Assembly: GCA_964230645.1 (NCBI GenBank)
Contig: CAXRHT010000001.1
Coordinates: forward strand, 954,219 to 1,018,218
Reading direction: 5' to 3'
Origin: Bdellovibrionales bacterium
Lineage (GTDB): Bacteria; Bdellovibrionota; Bdellovibrionia; Bdellovibrionales; JAGQZY01
Length of the DNA: 64,000 bases
Both the position numbers and the translations under genes were made by a program. This document shows positions 18,386 through 27,688 of the stretch, in pieces (position 1 is the stretch's first letter; the number at the start of each line of letters is the position of its first letter). The notes beneath the pieces are model-generated. The model was not told the DNA's origin. It did no database searches and saw only the letters and a program-made list of their open reading frames with translations.

Positions 18386-19333
18386 ATGAAACTTTTCATA
18401 TTTGTAATAACAGTCTTGAGTTTTTCTTGTTCTTTTGCCGATTCAGAGAACTGCCCTTCTTTTGATTTGCAGGGAAAAGCACCGAGCCTCCCTTATTTTG
18501 ACCAAGGTTCCACCCGTTTTTGCTACGCCTATGCCGCAAGCTATATGACTAATTTTTACTACCACGCTCAACTTAACCAAGAGGACTGGGTGAATCCCCT
18601 TTCAGTGAGTGCTCAAGCAATCAGGCTCTCTAAAGGCCAGCAGGCACCCAGTAATATTTGGGGAGGTCATCTCTCCCACGGTCTGATGGCCATTGAGCAA
18701 GGGGTGTGTTCAGTACAAAATGGAAACCTCGGAGTTGGAAATGCGGATGTGGATGTCTTCGTCGAAAAACTTCGCGAAATATATGTCGAAGCGAAATCAG
18801 TGGAAAGCGATGAAGCCTTTAACTCAATCGAGAGTTTTTTTGAAGAGATTGGAGTTGAAGTCAGTCGACTTCCTTCGCCAGAGAAACTAAAGGTTTTAGC
18901 TAGTCAAACCTCTACAGACTTTGTTGCAGATATTTTAGAAGGACTTTGTGAAAAACAAATCTTTCCTCCTCTTCCCCCGGAAAGAAAAGTTTCCAAAAGA
19001 GATCTTGGTAACACTTTCCCAAATTTTGAAACCCTTGTTACAAGAGAACTTTCAATGGATAATCCTTTGGGTCTTCATTTTTGTTCTGATGTCATTTTAG
19101 ATCCTGATTTTGAATTTACTTCCTATAACCAGATTTGTAGTGAGCATTACGCCGTAATCACTGGCCAAAGGACAACTGAATCCGGCCAATGTGAGATTCA
19201 ATTGCAGGATTCGCAATGCCAGTTTTATAACGGACTTCAGCCTGCAAGATGCCAAGACGGTGAAGTCTGGGTTCGCAGAGAACTTGTTTTAAAAACTTTA
19301 AAGAACTTGCATTGGCTAGACCTCTCCCTTTAA
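18386..19333 (+). CDS. Secreted papain-like (C1-type) cysteine peptidase, putative
   Basis: Signal peptide; DQGSTRFCYAYAA, HYAVITG, QDS. Confidence 0.6.
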   Translation: MKLFIFVITVLSFSCSFADSENCPSFDLQGKAPSLPYFDQGSTRFCYAYAASYMTNFYYHAQLNQEDWVNPLSVSAQAIRLSKGQQAPSNIWGGHLSHGLMAIEQGVCSVQNGNLGVGNADVDVFVEKLREIYVEAKSVESDEAFNSIESFFEEIGVEVSRLPSPEKLKVLASQTSTDFVADILEGLCEKQIFPPLPPERKVSKRDLGNTFPNFETLVTRELSMDNPLGLHFCSDVILDPDFEFTSYNQICSEHYAVITGQRTTESGQCEIQLQDSQCQFYNGLQPARCQDGEVWVRRELVLKTLKNLHWLDLSL

Positions 19334-19917
19334 AAAAAGTTGGGCCAGAATTGAGAGATTTCCTGCCGCCAGATCTCGCTACGATCTTTTGGATTACAAC
19401 GAGTGGGAGTGGGAAGATACCAAATGTTTTCTTTTGCTCTTTCGGCAATACCATTGCTTTCAAAAAAGCCGTCGACAAGTTGTGAGATGCCTTTTTTATG
19501 GCGGCATGTGAAGAGCATTGGGGTTTTCTCCAAGAGCTTCTTATTTTGTGCGGAGATTTTTTTAAACTTAATGCGATTTTTCTTATAGGCTTTAAATAAG
19601 ACCGTGTCAGAGGGGTCCATAGCTTCAGAGTTTGGAACGATGATCTCTTGCACAAGGTTTTGGATCATTACTCGATGACAATTAAGAAAGCTCTTCTTTT
19701 CTTCCACGGTCATCTTTTTTACTTCTTCTCCTGGCTCGAATAGGTGCTGCATCACTCTCCAAAAATGATTACGATTGTTGTGATAATAAAACGTGGGCTC
19801 ACTGGGCTCTTTGCCATCAAGAGTACGCGCGCAAATGGCGACCATCGTTCCGAGAATCACAAACCGAGGCTTTCGATCAGGGATAAAACTGGGAGTATTG
19901 TCTGTGGAAACTACCAT
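19330..19917 (-). CDS. Uracil-DNA glycosylase superfamily protein (HDG/family 6-like)
   Basis: ILGTM, FYYHNNRNHFWRV, YLPTPT resemble HDG motifs. Confidence 0.6.
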   Translation of the reverse strand: MVVSTDNTPSFIPDRKPRFVILGTMVAICARTLDGKEPSEPTFYYHNNRNHFWRVMQHLFEPGEEVKKMTVEEKKSFLNCHRVMIQNLVQEIIVPNSEAMDPSDTVLFKAYKKNRIKFKKISAQNKKLLEKTPMLFTCRHKKGISQLVDGFFESNGIAERAKENIWYLPTPTRCNPKDRSEIWRQEISQFWPNFF

Positions 19918-19968
19918 TGTTCCTATTTAATAAAAATTGGGCGAAATTCAAGTTCCGCCCCACTTTAT

Positions 19969-20331
19969 TTAAAAGAATAAGGGAGCTAGAAAAGCAAAAA
20001 AAGCTCCTGCCATCCATACCAGAGCTGAGAAGATTAGAATGACCTTAGAAACCTTGCGCGCTCTCATACAGGCCTGTGCCTCTTTGGCATCAATGGGACA
20101 GGGAGCATTACGGCTGCGATACTGAAAAATTGCAGCCATAGCTATCATCACTCCACTGCCAGCAAAAACCCAGGTTTTGTACTGAGAGAGCCACACAATT
20201 TGAGGCACTGCACTGACCAGACCTGCCATTGTCGCTCCAAGTCCCAGGGCGACCAACAAGCTTGGAAGAGCACAACAGAATAATGTTCCTGTCGAGGCAA
20301 AAAGAGAAAGGTAGGCTGAAAACTTTTCCAC
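19969..20331 (-). CDS. MerT/MerC-like metal transporter
   Basis: CCALP in TM1, loop CPID...C, three TM helices. Confidence 0.8.
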   Translation of the reverse strand: MEKFSAYLSLFASTGTLFCCALPSLLVALGLGATMAGLVSAVPQIVWLSQYKTWVFAGSGVMIAMAAIFQYRSRNAPCPIDAKEAQACMRARKVSKVILIFSALVWMAGAFFAFLAPLFF

Positions 20332-20720
20332 TATTTCACACCCACGAATTTAAAGCCCGCATCCGTCACGGTCTCTTCCATGACTTTTTTTGAAAGCTGC
20401 TGGCCTTTTTTAAATAAAATTGTCACCTCCATTTTATCAAGATCCACTTTCGTCTCTTTAACCTCTTTTTTGGCGTTAAAGTTTTTCTTTATTCCCTGGG
20501 CACAAAAAGCACAAACCATTCCTTGCACTTTGATCACGACCTTATCTTTAGAGATTTCCTTAAACTCCGCTTTTTTATCTTCCATTTTATGATCGTGACC
20601 TTCGTGTTTGTGGCCCTTGTGCTCATGCCGCTTGTGATTGTGATCTGATGATTGCGACTCAGCAAAAACAAAAGAGGTATTAATATTAAAAGTAAATAGA
20701 ATTAAGACTAATGTTTTCAT
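20331..20720 (-). CDS. Periplasmic HMA-domain metallochaperone with His-rich linker
   Basis: Signal peptide, HNHKRHEHKGHKHEGHDH, GMVCAFC. Confidence 0.88.
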   Translation of the reverse strand: MKTLVLILFTFNINTSFVFAESQSSDHNHKRHEHKGHKHEGHDHKMEDKKAEFKEISKDKVVIKVQGMVCAFCAQGIKKNFNAKKEVKETKVDLDKMEVTILFKKGQQLSKKVMEETVTDAGFKFVGVK

Positions 20721-20729
20721 AATTTTCTC

Positions 20730-21365
20730 CTAGAAATGAATAATATAGTTAAAACGAGTGATTCCTCGAAAGGATTGGCCGATTTCAAATAGTAAATTCT
20801 GATAGAAAAAGCGAAGCATAGGGGTTGTGTCTTCCATTACGAAGCCTTGCCCCCACTCGTTTTTTCGCCACTCAAGAATAAGCCATGCATGAAGTTCGTC
20901 AAAATCCCCCTCGTAAGGGGCAATTCCGACCCTCACTACACTCTGATAAAAAGCCGAATCCTCTTTGGTCAATAAGTTCATATGTTTTGCTAAGAAGTAG
21001 TAACGACGGTCTTCAATATCGTACTGAAGACCTACGGCACCTGTACCCTTTTGCTCGATCCCATCAAGTGTGCTTATCCCCCCACCCACGAGAGCATAGA
21101 GATTGCTTTGAAAAGATTTACCATTCCATCTTTTAAGTAAAAAGTTTGAGGTCACTACACTCGCCTTCAAATCCTGATCTTGCGGGTTTTGAAAGTGATG
21201 CACTCCTAAAGCCCACCAATACTCAAAGGAGTAATTGATCTGATTGTGAGCCATAAAGGGAGAGTGGTGCCCCATGATTCCTGTCGAACCTTTAAAGGAG
21301 ACAGGGTGAGCCTGGGAGGTAAGACTAAATACTACCATTCCCATGACTAAAATTAATTTAGACAT
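20730..21365 (-). CDS. Putative outer-membrane beta-barrel protein
   Basis: Signal peptide ending SQA-H, alternating beta pattern, C-terminal FNYIIHF. Confidence 0.65.
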   Translation of the reverse strand: MSKLILVMGMVVFSLTSQAHPVSFKGSTGIMGHHSPFMAHNQINYSFEYWWALGVHHFQNPQDQDLKASVVTSNFLLKRWNGKSFQSNLYALVGGGISTLDGIEQKGTGAVGLQYDIEDRRYYFLAKHMNLLTKEDSAFYQSVVRVGIAPYEGDFDELHAWLILEWRKNEWGQGFVMEDTTPMLRFFYQNLLFEIGQSFRGITRFNYIIHF

Positions 21366-21447
21366 ATTGTTCTCCAAAATTTAGTAATTCTCAAAAAGTT
21401 CGTTTTACTCGAACTTTCACAACCGAATTATAAAAAATCAGAGAATT

Positions 21448-21882
21448 CTAGATGATAAAAATTGAATAGAGGGATTGCCAGTCGGCAATCAAAGGGCGCT
21501 CAAGTTTTGGCGGAGGCCCCGTTGTTAATGCCGTTGTCTCAATCGGCTTCAGACTTGAAAAAGACAAATTTAGAACAGAGAAAACATGGGCTTTAACGAC
21601 TTCTACGACGGCTGTAGACTGACTGGGTACGAACTTCTGCTTACAAGCCTGTAGCGAGCAAAAGGGGCAATTCTCCTTTTGAGAACGGAACTTTTCCGTG
21701 TCATCCGTTTGTTTATTATGATGATTGGAAATTTGAGATTTGGAATGATGACTTTCCGAATGGCACGAGGCAGGTTCATCCGCTGAAGAGAGAAGGCTCG
21801 CACAACTATGAGCCACCCCTGATTGCCAAATGAAGGGGCTTAAAACAAGCCAAAATAAAAAGTTCTTAAAACCTTTTCTCAT
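21448..21882 (-). CDS. Secreted Cys/His-rich DUF2946-like leader protein with GPP motif
   Basis: Signal-like N-terminus, CHSESHH, CPFCSLQAC, TTGPPP near C-terminus. Confidence 0.65.
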   Translation of the reverse strand: MRKGFKNFLFWLVLSPFIWQSGVAHSCASLLSSADEPASCHSESHHSKSQISNHHNKQTDDTEKFRSQKENCPFCSLQACKQKFVPSQSTAVVEVVKAHVFSVLNLSFSSLKPIETTALTTGPPPKLERPLIADWQSLYSIFII

Positions 21883-21942
21883 AATCCAAGAATACTGCAG
21901 GGAGAACTTCTTTTCAAGTCCTTCCCTGCTGGGTCGCTCTTT

Positions 21943-23367
21943 CTAGCGGATCGGTGGGTCGTCGCAACGAAAGAGTTCGTTGTCGGTTTTCTCGCGGTCC
22001 AGTTGACTGGAGGCATCTCTAAGGGCTGTTCGCAAACCTTCTTCAACCACGGGATGATAAAAAGGCAATCTTAGCGCCTCCTCCACCGTTAAATCTAAGG
22101 AGATCGCCCAGGCAATTAGGTGGGCCAAATGTTCCCCATCGGGGGCTTGCAGCTCTGCACCGAGGATTTTCTTGTCTTTCTTTGCGACATAGACGTGAAG
22201 GATCCCCACCTCTTTTAATTTAACAATGCTCCTCCCCTGTCCCTCAAATGAAACATGCCCGGTGACAAAATCAATTCCTTCTTCTTTTAAGCTCTGATAA
22301 TTTTTTCCCACCGAAGCAATGTTGGGATCGGAAAAAACAATCGCCAAGGGAGTTCGCCTTTTGAAACAGGTCTCATCAGGAGCTACAGCATTATGTCCCG
22401 CGATTTTACCTTCATCGGCCGCCTCATGAAGAATGGGACGCTCGTTATTTACATCACCGGGGATAAAAATATGGGGGGCCTCTTCTAATCCCATTGTATT
22501 GCGATTGATTTTAGGCAGGCCTCTATCATTAACCTTCACTCCTGTTTTTTTGAAGTCGACTTTATCGATGTTTGGCGTTCTCCCGACAGCCATGAGTATC
22601 TTGTCGACAGAGTATTCTTTATCTTCTACTTTGATTGTAATCTGTCCCTTGTCATTGGTTCCAACCGGCTGGGCGGCTGAGAAATGAACATTCATCTCTT
22701 CAGTGACTTTACCAGAAACGTAGTCCTGCAGTTTCGGGTCTGTTAGTCCTCCTAGAGCTTTATTAGTGGTACAGGCCACAACCTCAACACCTAATCGGTT
22801 TAGAGCTTGGCCAAGTTCGAGTCCAATGACTCCCAAACCAAAAACGGCCATTTTTTTTGGAAGTTTCTCTAATTCAAAAAACTCATCGGTAGTCACAATA
22901 TTGTCGCGATAATCTTGCCACTCTTTCGGGATAAAGGGTCTGGAGCCTGTAGCTAAAATTATTTTTTTGGCTTCAATCTTTTCATCACCGACTTGCAAAG
23001 TATTTGGGTCAATAAATTTGGCACGCTCTCGCATGAGATGCTTTTCCCAATCCGTGAGCGAGCCCATCACTCCGCGCACGAAGCGATCGCGAAGCGTTCG
23101 CACGTGCTTCATAACTGCGGCGGAATCGACCTTAAGATCGTCTCCGCCCTCAATGCCCATTTGTTCAAACTTTTTTCTACGATCGTAATCGTTGGCGACT
23201 TGAATGAGAACCTTCGAAGGCATACAACCCACTCGGGCACAGGTTGTTCCAAGAGGACCATCATCAACGACAACGTAGTTGTCTGTATGACGAGCCACTT
23301 CTTTGCGGGCGGTTAGACCAGCCGTGCCGGCCCCGATAATTGCAACATCAAAGGTTTTCATTTTCAT
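21943..23367 (-). CDS. Pyridine nucleotide-disulfide oxidoreductase (dihydrolipoyl dehydrogenase-like, Prx-Grx associated)
   Basis: GAGTAG, GTTCARVGCMPSK, GLGVIGLE, YHPVVEE. Confidence 0.9.
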   Translation of the reverse strand: MKMKTFDVAIIGAGTAGLTARKEVARHTDNYVVVDDGPLGTTCARVGCMPSKVLIQVANDYDRRKKFEQMGIEGGDDLKVDSAAVMKHVRTLRDRFVRGVMGSLTDWEKHLMRERAKFIDPNTLQVGDEKIEAKKIILATGSRPFIPKEWQDYRDNIVTTDEFFELEKLPKKMAVFGLGVIGLELGQALNRLGVEVVACTTNKALGGLTDPKLQDYVSGKVTEEMNVHFSAAQPVGTNDKGQITIKVEDKEYSVDKILMAVGRTPNIDKVDFKKTGVKVNDRGLPKINRNTMGLEEAPHIFIPGDVNNERPILHEAADEGKIAGHNAVAPDETCFKRRTPLAIVFSDPNIASVGKNYQSLKEEGIDFVTGHVSFEGQGRSIVKLKEVGILHVYVAKKDKKILGAELQAPDGEHLAHLIAWAISLDLTVEEALRLPFYHPVVEEGLRTALRDASSQLDREKTDNELFRCDDPPIR

Positions 23368-23371
23368 CTCC

Positions 23372-24112
23372 TTATGAACTTAATACTTTTTTTAACTCTT
23401 CTGCTCCGCCAATATGTTCACCGTTCATGAAAATTTGTGGAACTTTTGTCACACCGCTGAGCGCTACAAGAGTTTTAACACTAAAATCTTCATTCAACAC
23501 ATGCTCTTCATAATCCACTCCGTTTTTCTTTAGAAGCTCTTTGGCCTCAAAACAAAATTCACAACCGGGGCGAGTGAAGATGGCTACTGACTTGGGGATT
23601 TCATAATCAGGATTGACATACTTTAACATGGTCACAGCATCGGAGGTATCAAACGGATCTCCATCCACTTCTTTTTCGATAAACATTTTCTCAATGGTTC
23701 CGTCGTTGACGAGCATCGAGTAGCGCCAAGTTCTTGGACCAAACCCGATATTTTTCTTATCGACTAAAAAGCCAAGCTTTTCCGTGAACTCACCATTTCC
23801 ATCGGGAATCATGGTGATGTTCTCTGCACCCTGGGTTCTCTGCCATTCGTTCATAACAAAAGTGTCGTTTACAGAAAGGCAAATGACGTCATCAATTCCA
23901 TTTTCTTTAAAGGCCTCCCTGAGTTCTGAATAGCGAGGAAGATGGGTTGAGGAACACGTCGGCGTATAAGCCCCTGGTAGGGCGAATAAAACCACCTTTT
24001 TTCCCTTAAAAAAGTCGTCAGAGGTTTTGTCCACCCACTTATGGCCCTGACGGGTCTTAAATGTGACTTGTGGCACCTTCTGGCCTGTTTTATCTTCTAA
24101 ACTCATATACAC
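23372..24112 (-). CDS. Hybrid peroxiredoxin 5-glutaredoxin
   Basis: [24 protein letters not shown]-terminal CEFC and VPQIF. Confidence 0.93.
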   Translation of the reverse strand: MYMSLEDKTGQKVPQVTFKTRQGHKWVDKTSDDFFKGKKVVLFALPGAYTPTCSSTHLPRYSELREAFKENGIDDVICLSVNDTFVMNEWQRTQGAENITMIPDGNGEFTEKLGFLVDKKNIGFGPRTWRYSMLVNDGTIEKMFIEKEVDGDPFDTSDAVTMLKYVNPDYEIPKSVAIFTRPGCEFCFEAKELLKKNGVDYEEHVLNEDFSVKTLVALSGVTKVPQIFMNGEHIGGAEELKKVLSS

Positions 24113-24166
24113 TCCTTAGTTCTGGTTGTTCACTGAATTAACTCCTCTAGTATGCCGCTGCAATTA

Positions 24167-24213
24167 ATAGATTGAAAATATTATTAATCTATAAGACAAT
24201 AGGTCAAAACTAT
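24167..24213. promoter_or_regulatory. OxyR operator in divergent promoter
   Basis: ATAG(24167)-N7-ATAT-N7-CTAT(24189)-N6-ATAG(24199)-N7-CTAT(24210). Confidence 0.7.
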
Positions 24214-24227
24214 CACGCGGAGAGCTT

Positions 24228-25178
24228 ATGGTCACCCTCACACAGCTACAATATGTTGTCGCCGTAGATAAAGAGCGCCACTTTGGACGAGCGGCAAAAG
24301 CTTGTCATGTGGCTCAACCCTCCCTTTCCATGCAAATTAGAAAAATGGAAGAAGAGCTTGATGTCGTTATTTTTGATCGCTCCAAAAATCCTATTGTACC
24401 CACTGTGGTGGGACTAGAGATTATCAAACAGGCCGAAATCATTCTGCAAGAACATCGGAAACTCGAGCCCCTAGCGCAAAGGGCAAGCTCCCACCCAAGA
24501 GGAAAGTTTCACTTGGCTGTGATTCCCACACTAGCACCCTATCTTATCCCATTTTTCATAGGGAGTTTTTCCAAGCAGTACCCTAAGGTTCAGCTAAAAA
24601 TCAGTGAAAACCAAACCGATGACATTATTAAACTACTTGAAGAAGACGAGATCGATGCCGGGCTTCTAGTGACCCCTCTTCGTGATGAAAGCATTGTAGA
24701 AAGGCATCTATTTTTAGAGCCTTTTTATGCTTATGTTTCCAAACAACATCCTTTAAGCTCAAAGAAGAGTTTGAGTGAGGGTGATTTAGACGACAAAAGT
24801 CTCTGGATTCTAGAGGAAGGCCACTGCTTTCGCGACCAGGTGCTTAAGGTTTGTTCATTTGACTCAAAAAATAGAGCTCTAGGAAATGTGGAGTTTTCAA
24901 GTGGCAATTTAGAAACTCTAAAAAATCTAGTGAGGAAAAACTCAGGGTACACCCTCCTCCCGGAGCTGGCATTGAGTGATATGAATGCCAACGAGAAAAA
25001 GCAATTTATTAGAAACTTCCGCAAACCCGTGCCCACTCGCGAGGTGAGCCTTGTGCATTCAAGAAGCTTCCTCAAAGAGCCTATTCTAAATGCACTCGAG
25101 GAAACTATTATTGCCAGACTTCCTAACAATATTCACTCACACAAGAGGAAAGACCTGGTCGTTGTTGATTTCAAATGA
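24228..25178 (+). CDS. oxyR: H2O2-responsive LysR regulator OxyR
   Basis: LysR HTH; GHCFRDQVLKVC with both redox Cys; divergent from Prx-Grx. Confidence 0.93.
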   Translation: MVTLTQLQYVVAVDKERHFGRAAKACHVAQPSLSMQIRKMEEELDVVIFDRSKNPIVPTVVGLEIIKQAEIILQEHRKLEPLAQRASSHPRGKFHLAVIPTLAPYLIPFFIGSFSKQYPKVQLKISENQTDDIIKLLEEDEIDAGLLVTPLRDESIVERHLFLEPFYAYVSKQHPLSSKKSLSEGDLDDKSLWILEEGHCFRDQVLKVCSFDSKNRALGNVEFSSGNLETLKNLVRKNSGYTLLPELALSDMNANEKKQFIRNFRKPVPTREVSLVHSRSFLKEPILNALEETIIARLPNNIHSHKRKDLVVVDFK

Positions 25179-25259
25179 GAGAGGCCCCCTCCTCCATTTC
25201 GTAAAAACTCTTTTTGCCACCTTTTGACAAACACCCCTTTTTTTTCGCACAATAGAGGT

Positions 25260-25703
25260 ATGTCACATCTACAGAAATTCCTGATTGTTTTTATAGTGTT
25301 AATGACTTTTCAGTCCCATGGTCTTTGCATCAAGGTGAAAAAAGCCAACTTGAGAGCGGGCCCCAGTACAAACAAGCAAATCACTTGGGAGGTCTTTAAA
25401 TATATGCCTCTCATCAAAGTGAAAAAGCAGGGCAACTGGATTAAAGTCAAAGATTTTGAAGGTGACTACCATTGGGTCTATCACACCCTTGTCACGGATA
25501 AGTTCAAATGTGCCGTGGTAAAGGTTAAAAAAGCCAACCTTCGCACGGGACCTGGCACCAAACATAAAAAAGCTCAGGATCTTCCCTCTGTGGATAAATA
25601 CACGGTTTTCAAATTAGGCCGCATCAAGGGAAAATGGGCCAAGGTCATCGACTCTTTTAACGACAGTTATTGGGTCTATCGAAGCTTAGTCTGGATTAAT
25701 TAA
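25260..25703 (+). CDS. Secreted tandem bacterial SH3 domain protein
   Basis: Two KANLRxGP...W repeats; signal peptide. Confidence 0.8.
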   Translation: MSHLQKFLIVFIVLMTFQSHGLCIKVKKANLRAGPSTNKQITWEVFKYMPLIKVKKQGNWIKVKDFEGDYHWVYHTLVTDKFKCAVVKVKKANLRTGPGTKHKKAQDLPSVDKYTVFKLGRIKGKWAKVIDSFNDSYWVYRSLVWIN

Positions 25704-25704
25704 A

Positions 25705-25733
25705 AAAAAAGCCACCGAGTAGGTGGCTTTTTT
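25705..25733. terminator. Bidirectional rho-independent terminator
   Basis: AAAAAAGCCACC-GAGTA-GGTGGCTTTTTT between convergent genes. Confidence 0.85.
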
Positions 25734-25755
25734 ATTATCAAAACGAGTTTTAAAA

Positions 25756-26160
25756 TCACTCAGGCTTAAAGAGAGCGTGTCCTTCTTTTCTGATCTCATT
25801 GATCTCACTAAAAATCATCAGTGCTGGAGTAATATCTTGATTTTCTTGCGTCATGATTTCTCTTATTGAATCTTCCAGCTCTAGAGACTTATCAATAGCC
25901 CGCCCCATAATTTCGTTGTATTGCACCACAAGCTCATCGGAGGTCGCAACATCTGGGATTAAAAGATTGGCTTCCGATAAATTTCTCTGTAACAACTCCG
26001 CTGCTTCAAGCTCCACATCCGTTAATTGACCCGCTTGAAGGCCTTGGGCGATCACTTTAAAATTCAATCCCACATCTTCCATTAGGGAGGCCAATTCATC
26101 GTTAGCTAGGATCGATGGACTGAAGCTTAGAATAATCAAACTCAAAATAAAAGATTTCAC
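25756..26160 (-). CDS. Secreted cytochrome b562-like four-helix protein
   Basis: GAGGAG RBS before GTG 26160; signal peptide; LASLME near the mature N-terminus and RKEGHALFK near the C-terminus. Confidence 0.5.
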   Translation of the reverse strand: MKSFILSLIILSFSPSILANDELASLMEDVGLNFKVIAQGLQAGQLTDVELEAAELLQRNLSEANLLIPDVATSDELVVQYNEIMGRAIDKSLELEDSIREIMTQENQDITPALMIFSEINEIRKEGHALFKPE

Positions 26161-26286
26161 AGTATACTCCTCTTTTTGTTTTAGCCATCTTGGCGGGCCA
26201 GTAGAAGGAGGTATAAGACTGTCAGCCCATTTTTTCAACCATGGGAGACATTGATTAAATCAATACAGCTGAAAAATCATTTAATT

Positions 26287-27558
26287 TTAAGGAACCGCTT
26301 CACCAAAGACGTTACGGGTGGCTCTTTGCGTGTTGGCTCCATCGGAGTAGTCTAACTCGATGATATCGTTAAAGATTCCAGGAGCACTTGGTGCAAACTC
26401 AACAACGATTTCGCACTGAGCACCGGAGCTGAGGCTTGCTGTACAAGTTCCGCCCGTTCCTGGAAAAGCTCCACCCGCAAATTGATAGGGAGCCTCTAAG
26501 CCCGCTGTTGGCACTATCTGAGAGGCATCTCCACCACCATTATTAGTCACCACGAGCGTTCCAGAATTACTTTCTCCCACAGCCGTTCGTGGAAATTCGT
26601 AATAAGGCCCATTGTTAATACTGAGAATAGCCAGATCATTACTGGCAGTCGCCGCAATTCCCTGAGTGACCGAAACGCTACTGGAACCATTGTTGTAGGT
26701 GAGAATTAATGAATCGGTAAAGTAATCCACCACAGTCGGAAAAAACTCCACTGTGATTTCACAACTAGCACCAATAGCTAATGGAGAATCTCCACAAGAG
26801 CCTCCGGTTCCAGGGAATTCCCCACCAAGAAAATAAAAGGGAGCCGCCAGTCCTGTTCCACGGATATTGGTCGCTTCCGCTCCGCCGATGTTAGTGACTC
26901 TAAGAACCTCAACAATTCGGCTTCCCGTTGCATGGGTTCCAAAGTTTAGGGGATCAGGGCCATCAACTTCAAGAAATGCAATACCCTCGTCAGGCTCCGG
27001 TTCTGGTACAGGCGGAGTGTAGTCCCCTTGAATGAGTGTGACCTCTTCTTCTTGTCCGTTCTCACAGAGGGAGAGCCCATCAGGATTGTTGACTCCAGTA
27101 ACGGTCCTCGAGAGACTCAAACCTTTTTCGGTAATAACACAAGTGGAATACTCGTTGCGAATTCCTGAAAAATCCACTCCCGCATGACAAGTATTTAAAG
27201 CCCCCGTGCAGGAGTTCACATCTTGTCCCGACTGGGTGCAAGTAATGGTCCCCTGCCCCGTCATTGAAAAAAGTGGAGTTTGTTCACCAATTTCTACGTT
27301 CCAATGGTAGGTTTTCATACAATCCACTCGCCCTAACTGCTGGGTCACAAGATTGGTTTCCGGATCGAACATAAAGGTTGAAGTGGCAACAGTGATCGCC
27401 TCGCCGTCACAAGTGGCCGAAGTCATGGTCCACAATCCTGTGGCTTGAGTGCAACTGGTTTCGATAGGACCATCTTCATTGATCTCATCACATGAGGTCA
27501 AAAGTGACAGCACTCCTAGTGAAAATATTAGAATTTTGAACCGAATTTTTCGTACCAT
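26287..27558 (-). CDS. Lipoprotein with two Ig-like (choice-of-anchor D/ASH-like) repeats
   Basis: Lipobox LTSC; PPVPEPEP linker; duplicated VTN.GG..A...APY/F.F.GG.FPGTGG.C...CEI.VEF.P. Confidence 0.75.
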   Translation of the reverse strand: MVRKIRFKILIFSLGVLSLLTSCDEINEDGPIETSCTQATGLWTMTSATCDGEAITVATSTFMFDPETNLVTQQLGRVDCMKTYHWNVEIGEQTPLFSMTGQGTITCTQSGQDVNSCTGALNTCHAGVDFSGIRNEYSTCVITEKGLSLSRTVTGVNNPDGLSLCENGQEEEVTLIQGDYTPPVPEPEPDEGIAFLEVDGPDPLNFGTHATGSRIVEVLRVTNIGGAEATNIRGTGLAAPFYFLGGEFPGTGGSCGDSPLAIGASCEITVEFFPTVVDYFTDSLILTYNNGSSSVSVTQGIAATASNDLAILSINNGPYYEFPRTAVGESNSGTLVVTNNGGGDASQIVPTAGLEAPYQFAGGAFPGTGGTCTASLSSGAQCEIVVEFAPSAPGIFNDIIELDYSDGANTQRATRNVFGEAVP

Positions 27559-27569
27559 TCCAATAAAAA

Positions 27570-27598
27570 ATATCGGCAATTCTTGGGGATTTATTTAA
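27570..27598 (-). promoter_or_regulatory. sigma28 (FliA)-like promoter
   Basis: TAAA-N16-GCCGATAT on minus strand upstream of ATG 27558. Confidence 0.5.
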
Positions 27599-27688
27599 AG
27601 TTCGCTTGAAGTTGAGACAGAACAAGACTTTTGTTTGATCTTACTTTTTTAGACCAAAGTTGGAATCAAAAAATGTCTTTTCTTTGTC

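Noticed and set aside
21943..23367. MerA assignment for the reductase next to merT-like genes
   Set aside because: No N-terminal HMA domain or C-terminal Cys-Cys pair; it has the HP..EE motif and is coupled to Prx-Grx.
26251..26263. TTGAT-TAA-ATCAA as an FNR box
   Set aside because: Spacer is 3 nt, not 4.
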